Positions 51,713 to 61,247 of a stretch of 64,000 nucleotides of DNA are shown one piece after another. A program made the translations under genes and the position numbers. Positions within the stretch are counted from its first letter, which is position 1. Each line of letters opens with the position of its first letter. The notes beneath the pieces were generated by a model. It had not been told where the DNA came from and did not search any database. It saw nothing but the letters and a program-made list of their open reading frames with translations. This DNA is from Chiloscyllium plagiosum (lineage: Eukaryota). The stretch spans positions 2,121,803-2,185,802 of the forward strand of contig NC_057755.1 of NCBI RefSeq assembly GCF_004010195.1, given 5' to 3'.

Positions 51713-53681
51713 TAATGTAGCTTTCGGTTCTTTAATTTAAAATGAATTAATGCAGTAATGTTTTAAATTAACCATAAATCAATATGACAGGTCACTGAGA
51801 ATGTGTGAAGGATTCCTGCCAATTGATATTGATTCAGGCTAACACAATTGATTTATCATAAATATTAATTATTAATTATGTACATTATATAATTTAGGGT
51901 GAAAACGCAACAAGTGACGGAACCATTTTAAAAGCTGTAATTGCGCAGTTCTGTTTGTTTACCAGTCACATGTGACTTCTCATTCTGTTTCTGTAATTGC
52001 TTTGCTCGAGCAATTTCATTTTTAAGAACCTCAATAGATTTCATGGCACCATTTGCAGTTAATTCAATCCCCAATTTAGTGGCAGTATCTTATCATGAGC
52101 GCAACACTAATTCTTTGTGTCCCTCATCACAAAACTGTTGCCATAATCCAATTAATCCTTTTATTCCCGCTCCCTTCGGCTTAAAATTTAAGGATGACCT
52201 GGTTGCCCCCCGTATCGACTAGGAAAACTACGTCCTCTTTGTAAGGGCCCGCCTTTAAATTTATCAAGGGTTCAGGTGGGTCCCCGGGGGCAGGAACCAC
52301 TGACACCCCTATTCTTCGTCAAGGTTCATAAATGGTAGTGCCTTTGCTTCCTTTTTCAGATCTGGACACACTCTCTTAAAGTGACCTGCCTTTCCACAGA
52401 AATAACGTCCCACCTGTGGGGATTTCCACTTTGATACTTGTTCCTGTCTACCAGACCCCTTAACATCTCCTCCCCGAATCTCTTCCCCTCCCTTTATTTT
52501 CAACATGCTGCCCACCACCATTCTGGTTTCCTTCTCCTTTTAGGTTTGTCCTTTTCTTTATTACCTCATCAACTGTGGCTATCATTATTTTTGCCTTTCG
52601 TTTATGCTATTCAGGTTACGTTCCCAGATCAATTGCTGAGCCGATTTAACAAATTGAACAGCTTTAGGGCCACCTAATGGCCATTCCTCATAACCCAATG
52701 TTTTGTTTAGATCTTGATTTTTTTTTTCAAAGAAATATTGCGAAATTTCTTGCTCCCTATAACCTCAAATACCAGGAGCCTCTTTCTCCTTGTAATCCCA
52801 AATACAATTTATCAATTTATGCTTGTCTAACTTTAAAGCCTGTTCCTAACTATACATTTTGGAATTTTACTTGTAAAAATATATTTATATATTATAAATT
52901 CATTTATTGTGTTTAATATTTAAAATGTAAAATGCATGCAGTTCCCAACTTTGAAATCCGCTATAATTACCCGGTCTTACTCCTTTGATTTAAATCCAAA
53001 ATTAGTTTTCTTAAGTCGTCCTGTCCAGTCATTGCTCGAAAACGATGCTATTGGTCGTGAAATAATCGGAGCTGCCTTTAAAAGGATTTGTCTATTCAAG
53101 TTAAAAAAAGGACTTCTAATGCATGAATAATGGCCGAATCCAAGGTCACCGATATTAACCTTAGGAATTTTTTAAAAAAAAAATTACAATCCAATGTTGA
53201 ACTGAGAATTCAACTGTCCTCCATAAATCGCTTTTATGTAAGGATAAAAGTGATTAGTTAGAAACTGATAGTAAGGCAGTCACGACGTGTAAAAAGAACA
53301 GGAGTTAACATTTTATTTCATAATCTGTAAAATCCTTAACCTGAAAAGAAATCATGTTTAAATTTCCACAATAGAAATCAGATTCAAAACAGTCCCAGAT
53401 CTCAAGCTCCAGGGAACAAAGCACAAACATTCAATCACCAACAAACAAATGTGCAATTAAACCGAATCACAACGGGTTAAACATTTTATTAGCTGTACAG
53501 CTCTTTTCTCTCTCAGACACACACACACACACACGCACAGACACCGTATCTCACAGACACTTTGAGTTTCCCGCAACGACTCCTCGAGCTTTTGATTTTT
53601 TATTTTTCTGGATGTCTGGCCATGATTTAGTTACGAAGTGTACCCTCAATAACCCTTCAGCTACTAGCCCTTCTGACACGA

Positions 53682-53996
53682 AGATATTTTTCTTTTCCTC
53701 CTGACTCTAAAGCTGTTTTCCATTGACATATAATTTCAAATATTTACAAACCCAGTCTTCGCCCTACCCGTACTTTGGCAAGAAGACGCAGGACGAAGAG
53801 TGGATTCCTCAGTGCATACAAAGCAGCAATATTTAATCATCTTTTTCCTATCATTTTCCTTTGTACAAGTATTATTTTTCCAATTCCACAACATCCTGCC
53901 CAACGGATGTTTGAGAAATGTTGCCAGGAACCCCGCCTCCATTTCCATTTTCTTTTTCCCGGAGGCTGTTTTTTCTTTACCCGAGGCACAGCCCAT
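53682..53996 (-). pseudogene. gag 5' (matrix) remnant of ERV C
   Basis: MGCASGK (myristoylation-type start), PLGRMLWNW..KKMIKYCCFV, PKYG..EDWVC. Confidence 0.8.
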
Positions 53997-54278
53997 ACTG
54001 AGTTCCTTCATTAGTCCCTTGTTAACTACTGGAACTCAATCCCGGCCACCAAGGCAGTACTTAAAAATTAATTTTCTTATCTTGCTCCATGCACAGTGTT
54101 GCCTGGCTCCCTGTGCCTACTTACAACCTTTCGCCTGGTGCAGATAGACTCTCATCGGATCTCGATCAGTCAACCAGAAGGGGAAACCCACCACCGAGGA
54201 ACACGGGATCGTTCTAAACGGAACGGGACACATCTGCCCAGCCATCGATGGTGCTTTACCCTGCCGGTGATGAAGGGC

Positions 54279-54297
54279 ATCCCGGACGAAGCACCCA
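54279..54297 (-). promoter_or_regulatory. Primer-binding site, tRNA-Pro
   Basis: Minus strand TGGGTGCTTCGTCCGGGAT versus canonical TGGGGGCTCGTCCGGGAT, 3 nt from the LTR end. Confidence 0.85.
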
Positions 54298-54300
54298 AAT

Positions 54301-54944
54301 TGTGAGAAATAAAAGTCACAGTATAATAAATTTCAATCCGAGTCAAAATCTGAAGTAACGAATTTTGTTGAAACCTTCTTGAAAGAAGGGGTGACCAGTG
54401 GGCACACACATTCAGGGATTGCTTTACTATTTTACAGTTTTAAGTTTTAGTACTCCACGTTTACCTCATAGGTCTTCACACCTATCAATCTCCCTTATTG
54501 TGTTCTGCCACTACTCAGCTGCGCTCCGCCCTTATTACTCCCCCCTTCTCCAAGTTGGCGACCCTCCGCTTTGTAAGTGGTGACATAAGGGAAATTTTTG
54601 CTAAACTTGGATCTTGATGTTCGTTTCATTTTAGCTGTTTGCTTGTAATATCTTCTATTGTTCATAGGTACATTCCATTCCTGAATATACATTTTAACAA
54701 TGTTTCTTTTCTTGCCTAGTTTATGCGTTTCAGCTATCTCAGCTATTTAGCTAAGACTGTAAATATTTAAGCTTTCATGATGAAAGAAATTATTTGCTCG
54801 AATAATTATGCACTAAAGTTAGTACCCAATTATCCACAATTATGCACTAAAGTTAGTAATTATTTACCTATATCCCACAATTACACACTAAAGTTAGTAC
54901 TCAATTATACTTGCAGAAGTAACACTATTTTACTATATCCCACA
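54301..54944 (-). repeat. 5' LTR of ERV C
   Basis: TG...CA termini, adjacent to the PBS, homologous to 47070-47694. Confidence 0.9.
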
Positions 54945-55468
54945 CTCTCCAGCCACAGAAGAGGTACCAGAGGACTGGAGGAGAGCTGAGGTGTTTCCAA
55001 TTTTCAAGAGGGTAGATCAGATACACCAGGAGTAATAGAGCAGTGAGTGCCTCATCGGTGTTAGAGAATGTATTGGAGAAAACTCTGAAGGAGATAATTA
55101 ATGTCCACTTGGGAAAGCATAGGTCAACTAGGGCTAGTCAATATGGCCTGCTCAGAGGAAAGTAATGCCTAACAAATCTGCTGGTATTTTTCATGGAGAT
55201 TACCAGGTCTCGAGATAAGGGTAGGTAAATTGATATCGTTTATGTGGAGTTCAATGAAGCCTTTGACAATTCCCCACATTGGAGATTGATAATTAATGTA
55301 AAAACACATGGCATCCAGGTTAAATTGGTAAGTTGGCTCCAATATTGGCCCATTAGAGGAGATAGGAGATTTTGGCAGAAGGCTAGTTGTGCAGTTGATG
55401 CCCAGTGGAGTACCACAGGGATCAGTGCCAGATGCCTTCTTGATTGTGATATTCATAAATGATATTGT

Positions 55469-55512
<44 letters not shown>

Positions 55513-56450
55513 TGGGTGTGTGAGAGAGAGAGTGGGCAAGTGTGCGTGTGTGTGTGTATGTGTGCGTGTGACTCAGGAGGCTTGAGAATGTTAAGTAAGT
55601 TTGCAGAAGACGGAAGTATTGGCACAATGGACAATGAGGAAAAACCTCTCTCATAACAGATGGATATAGACAGATTGATCAGATGGGCAGATCAGCGGTG
55701 GATGAAATTTACCACGATGGGTGTAAGATGATGAACTTTGGCAGAAGTCACAAGACAACGGAGCATTCAATGAATGGGAGGATAATAGGAAGCTCAGTGG
55801 AACAAAAAGATATTGAGGATTCGTTAACAGATCCGTGAAGGTGAGAGGATGGATGAATAGGGTAGATAAAAGGATTACCTTTATTAGTTGTGGTATAGAT
55901 TCTAAGAGCAGGGAGGTCATGTTGGAGCAGTACAGGACTTTGGTTGAGCCACAGTTGGAGTAATGTGTGTAGTTCCAGTCACTGCACCATGGAGAGGATG
56001 TGATGATACTGGATGGAGTTTAAAGGAGATTCAGCAGTATGATGCTGGGGCTGCAGCAATTTAGTAGTGAAGAGAGAGACTGGATAAGCTCAAGTTGATT
56101 TCTTTAGAGTAGAGATCGGATTATGTGAGACTCTGAGGGGCGCGGAAAGGAGGAATAGAAAGTCATTGTTTCCCTCAGTCGAAGAGCCAAAACAAGGTGG
56201 TATATTTTGAAGCTGAAAAGGTTCAGATGGGACATGAGGAGAGATCTTCTCACCTCAAGGATCGCAGAGACCTACAACTGAGATGGGAAACCCCAGAGAA
56301 GGAGTTGGTTGAGCACTTGAAATCTCATAACATTGAAAGTTATGGGACAACTGCTGGGGAGTGGGACTGAGGTAGATTTAGTGTCATTTTGGCTGGAAAA
56401 ACATAATGGGCCGAAGGGCCTCTTGTGTTCTATATGATTCTGTCATTCTA
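54945..56450 (+). mobile_element. Old CR1 LINE (counterpart of 8770-10090) containing a (TG)n(AG)n microsatellite at about 55466-55570
   Basis: GCCACAG..GAGGTACCAGAGGACTGGAG, AAGTTTGCAGA.GAC, and a 3' tail at about 56430-56450. Confidence 0.8.
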
Positions 56451-56975
56451 GAATTCTGAAGTTAAGGTTCTGAATTACTTTGTGTTTTGTCTTTGTTTTG
56501 AGAAAGTATTAACTAGTGTAAATTCCAACTGTTGTCGTGTCCAGTGACAGATTCAAGTTCTGTATGACAGTTCTCATTTATAGAAAGAATTTCCCAAAGA
56601 CCGAGTCAACAAGAAAAGCAGTGGTATAATAGTGTGCAATAGAACAGCTCTCAAGATCTCTACAACATGAGGTATTGAATAAGCGAATAGCCTCAGCAAA
56701 ATGAAGTTCATTCAATGAAAAGAATATCAAAAGATATTAGGTATTAATGGGATGGATAATGCGTGAATTAATGCAAGTTTGAAGATAAATTGCAATTAAC
56801 ATTTGAGACCTAATATGATCAGATGAATACAGTCTCTGAGTTATTCAGTTACAGATTTATATCTCAATGATATCATACCATTCAAATAAATCTGTTGACA
56901 TAATCTGTTTGTTGAAAATGATAGAAAAAAAAACAGAAGATGTAATCATAGGTTCCTAGTGGAGATATCACACAA

Positions 56976-56982
56976 TATAAAA
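56976..56982 (+). promoter_or_regulatory. Candidate TATA box of GPCR copy 2
   Basis: TATAAAA about 100 nt upstream of the ATG at 57084, positionally conserved with copy 1. Confidence 0.45.
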
Positions 56983-58874
56983 CATGGCGTCTGGAACTTT
57001 TAAAGTTTCAACTCTGAGATAATTCTCCAATTCCGACAGACTGCCAGCAGCAAGAATGGAGCAGTTGTTTTACAAGCAACAAAATGCATCTTCCAAGGCA
57101 CATGGTCGCTAAGGTATGTTACAACATCCTTACTGTAGTTGGTGTGCCTGGTAAGTCTCATAAGAAATCAAAGTGTACAGATTTCTGCACTGATTCATAC
57201 CTATTTCCCCTCGACGACTGAAATGTATTTTATTTCCTTTTAGCAAGAGAAGTCCTGATGCCAGGAGACAATGCCCTCACTTACTGAGTTTAAAGTGAAT
57301 AGTTTGTCAATTAGAAGGCTCCTCAATAGTGTGCAGCATTGTCTGTTTCTCTATACTGTGCAGAAGGAGTTTATACTGAGGCCACACCGATGGGGTTTGG
57401 CTGAGCGCCGGCCCTGGCTGGTCTAGAATGTGTTTCATAAGACCACTCTCTCTCTGTGGGAGCTCAAAGCCTGCTATTGGTCAAATGGGTTTTGAAAGAA
57501 CCCACCTCTGAGTGATAATTAGTGTTTTCCCATTCCTCGATGTGAAGGGATTGTGTTGGTGTGTCTTGCTCAGGCAGCTCGCTCCAAATAGGAGCCCAGA
57601 TACAGCAATTGGGCAATAGGTGGGTTAAGCAGATAAAATGGAGTGATATGTGAGGGTCAGCACGAATGGTTTTAACTACCCTGTGTGTTTTCGTCAGTCA
57701 GTGAATGCATGGGAGCACGGTATTTGTGCAGACAGATGAAAGGGAGGGGTGTGAGCACAAGGTTCCAGCTATTATGTTTATTGTTCAATTATTGTTGATT
57801 GTCAAAAAGACACGAGTTGTGCCATTTGTAAAAACATGTACACTGCTGTGGTGTGGAGTTTGTTTAGGACAAACGCTGAGATCTGGAATGTTGTGGCAGA
57901 GCTCTCCCACAGAGGATCAAGCAACTTTGTCCAACAGGATGTTTCCCACGTTTCCCTTAGTTGCTGTTGTACATCCTTTTGATATACCTTAAAGGTCCGA
58001 TGTGAAGGTGCTACCATGTGCACGAATTTGGGAGTGTCGTTCAATCTTTGGCTATCAATTAGTTTCAGCATTTATCATTATTTTGATTATTATTTTGCTG
58101 GTAGACATTTCGGAGATGAATCCACTAACATATTTTTAGACCGATTCGCTGTGATGTCATGGTGCTATACTATGGAGTGCAGTATTCTGTCAGCTTTGTG
58201 AACTGTCTGTTATTGTACCTGATCTAGACGGCTCAGACCAGACTGTGTAACAACAGACTATTTGCCGATGAAAGACAAGATGGTTTGTGGTGACTGATTT
58301 GTAATTTAGGATATTTGATATTGATATGCTGATCCAGTTAGGATCAAGAACATTCGGCCAAATGCAGTTACGGTCTGCCCTGCTGCTGTGCACACCATTT
58401 GACATGATAAGCAGCAATGAGCGGCTCAGTGAGTTGGATAAGATTTCAGGGTCACGAATTGAGTCATTGTCCATTCGCAGTTCACTGCTACAAGAATATG
58501 AATCATCTGTCGACCCTGTTTTACATGATATTCTTTGTCTCATGGTGTGGGACATCATTGCACCAACTATAATGTGACTTGCTGCATTTGCAGCGACGAT
58601 GTTCAAGATCTCGCTGTTCAATCTTAACCTAGATCTGCCCCTTAGAAATGTTGCCACATCTTCCTTGCAGACTGTAACGCAAACCAATGATCTCCAGAAG
58701 CTGGAAGAACAAGCGCAGCAGATGCACAGAAACACCATCACATGCAAGTTCCCTTTCATGGCAGATTTCATTCTGACTTGGTAATCTCTCGTCATTCCAC
58801 TACTGTTGCTGGGTAAACATTCTGAAACTCTTGCCCCCAAAACACTCTCGGTTTTCGTCAACACCAGTCAATGA

Positions 58875-59368
58875 GGATGTTCAAAAAGGCAGGTCTCCGA
58901 CACAATCCCAAAGGTAGGTCTCTGACCCCATCCCAAACGCAGGTCTCTGACCCCATCCCAAAGGCAGGTCTGACACCATCACAAAGGCAAGTCTCTGACA
59001 ACATCCCAAAGGCAGGTCTCTGATACCATCCCAAAGGCAGGTCCCCAACAACATCACAAAGGCAGGTCTCAGACACCATCACAAAGGCAGATCTCCGACA
59101 CCATCCCAAAGGCAGGTCTCAGACACCATCACAAAGGCAGGTCTCAGACACCATCACAAAGGCAGATCTCCGACACCATCCCAAAGGCAGGTCTGAGACA
59201 CCATCACAAAGGCAGATCTCCGACATCATCACAAAGGCAGGTCTCCGACACCATGACAAAGGCAGGTCTCCGACCCCATCACAAAGGCAGGTCTCTGACC
59301 CCATCACAAAGGCAGGTCTCCGACACCATCACAAAGACCAGTCTCCCACACCATCACAAAGGCAGGTC
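58875..59368. repeat. 25-bp minisatellite (AGGCAGGTCTCCGACACCATCACAA), about 19 copies, intronic
   Basis: Direct tandem copies. Confidence 0.93.
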
Positions 59369-59589
59369 AAATGAATTTCCGAACTCCTGCTGGTCTGAAC
59401 GCCAGAAGACAGATGTTTTGACCTCAAATGTCAGTGCTGGGTATCGGCCCATGTGTGTCCTATTCCAGGAAATGACACCGAATCTTACCAATTCAGGAAG
59501 CCTTTTGTTTATAATAATGGACTCAGTGTGGGGATAACCAATCCAAGGGAATGGCCTAAAAAAGGGTGTAGCCATCTGTATCTCGGAGC

Positions 59590-59860
59590 AGGCTGTTAAT
59601 CATCAAGCAGCTTGCTGTGGATCTGGAGTCACATGTAAGCCAGACCAGGTAAAGATGATCTTTCCAAAAGGATATTAATGAATGAGATTGTTTTTTTTCC
59701 CAATAATTGACAAACATTGCATTATTATCATGAGACTCTTAAATCCAGATTATAATTGAATTGTATTTCAGGGCAGACGTTGAACCAGCTCCCAGGATGT
59801 TACCTGGATATCTGAATTACTTGCCTTGAGATTGGACCATGAAACCGTTGTCTCCCCTCA
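59590..59860 (-). mobile_element. Decayed shark SINE, same family as 25218-25510
   Basis: TTGCTGTGGATCTGGAGTCACATGTAAGCCAGACCAGGTAA and GACTCTTAAATCCAGA. Confidence 0.45.
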
Positions 59861-60036
59861 ACTTTAGCATTGCTTCTGTGGATTCAGGCCAGTGTCAGAT
59901 CCAAAGTAATGGTACCATGTTTGGTCTCCTAAAACAAGCTGTAGGAATAAAAGAATGACTAGGGTAGGAATAGGTCCAGTCAAGGATAGTAGTGGGAAGT
60001 TGCGTGTGGAGGCGGAAGAGATTGGGGAGACACTGA

Positions 60037-61031
60037 ATGAATACTTTTCTTCAGTATTTACTCATTGTCGTCGATGTGAATACTGAGTCACAAATAAGTA
60101 GAATGGATGGCTTTGAGGTATGTAGAGAAGAGGTGTTGGAAATCCTGGAAAAGGTGAAAATAGATAAGTCCCCTGGGCCTGATGGCATTTATCCTAGGAT
60201 TCTCTGGGAAGCAAGGGAGGAGATTGCAGAGCCATTGGCCTTGATTTTTATGTCCTCTTTGTCTACAGGAGTAGTCCCAGAAGACTGGAGGATAGCAAAT
60301 GTGGTTCCCTTGTTCAAAAAGGGGAGTAGGGATAACCCTAGTAACTATAGGCCGGTGAGTCTCACTTCTGTTGTGGGCAAAGTCTTAGAGAGAATTGTAA
60401 GGGATAGGATTTATGCACATCTGGATAGGAATAATGTGATCAAGAATAGTCAGCATGGTTTTGTGAAGGGAAGGTCGTGCCTCACAAACCTTATTGAATT
60501 CTTTGAAAAGGTGACAAAGGAGGTTGATGAGGGGAAAGCGGTAGATGTGGGATATATGGATTTTAGTAAGGCGTTTGATAAGCTTCCCCATGGTAGGCTA
60601 CTGCAGAAAATACGGAGATATGGCATCGAGGGTGAGTTGGAGGTTTGGATTAGGAATTGGCTGGATGGAAGAAGACAGAGGGTAGTAGTTGATGGCAAAG
60701 TTTCTTCATGGAGTGCCGTCACTAGCGGTGTTCCGCAAGGATCTGTTTTGGGACCATTGCTGTTTGTCATTTTTATAAATGACCTGGAAGAGGGGTTAGA
60801 AGGTTGGGTGAGCAAGTTTGCGGATGACACAAAAGTCGGAGGAGTTGTTGACAGTGAGGAAGCATGTGGCAGGTTACAGCAGGATATAGAGAAGCTGCAG
60901 AGCTGGGCAGAAAGGTGGCAAATGGAATACAATGTAGCTAAGTGTGAGGTGACTCACTTTGGGAAGAATAACAAAAAGATGGGGTACGGGGCTAATGGAC
61001 GGATACTTGGTAGAGTGGATGAGCAGAGGGA
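60037..61031 (+). CDS. CR1 reverse transcriptase domain, uninterrupted up to the N gap (partial)
   Basis: KSPGPDGI, NYRPVSLTS, QHGF, YMDFSKAFD, GVPQGSVLGP and FADDTK in one frame. Confidence 0.85.
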
Positions 61032-61247
61032 NNNNNNNNNNNNNNNNNNNNNNNNNNNNNNNNNNNNNNNNNNNNNNNNNNNNNNNNNNNNNNNNNNNNN
61101 NNNNNNNNNNNNNNNNNNNNNNNNNNNNNNNNNNNNNNNNNNNNNNNNNNNNNNNNNNNNNNNNNNNNNNNNNNNNNNNNNNNNNNNNNNNNNNNNNNNN
61201 NNNNNNNNNNNNNNNNNNNNNNNNNNNNNNNNNNNNNNNNNNNNNNN
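61032..61247. other. Assembly gap (N run)
   Basis: Run of N. Confidence 1.

Larger units (their letters stand above)
47070..54944 (-). mobile_element. Class I ERV C with two LTRs (HERV-I/ERV3-like gag and env), mosaic and decayed
   Basis: Two related LTRs, PBS-Pro and PPT. gag PLGRML.NW..KKMIKYCCFV and CGKAGHFKRVC, TAG-G gag/pro junction at 52309-52311, protease FLVDTG, RNase H SAQTCEL/IYTDS-like/GNKLA, integrase, and env. Confidence 0.93.

Noticed and set aside
58190..58864. 224-aa minus-strand ORF
   Set aside because: No recognisable domain. It overlaps a decayed plus-strand LINE fragment similar to 36240-36340.
60450..60932. Antisense ORF over the CR1 RT (and similar antisense ORFs over other CR1 and ERV segments)
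   Set aside because: These are shadow ORFs of the coding strand with no independent evidence.
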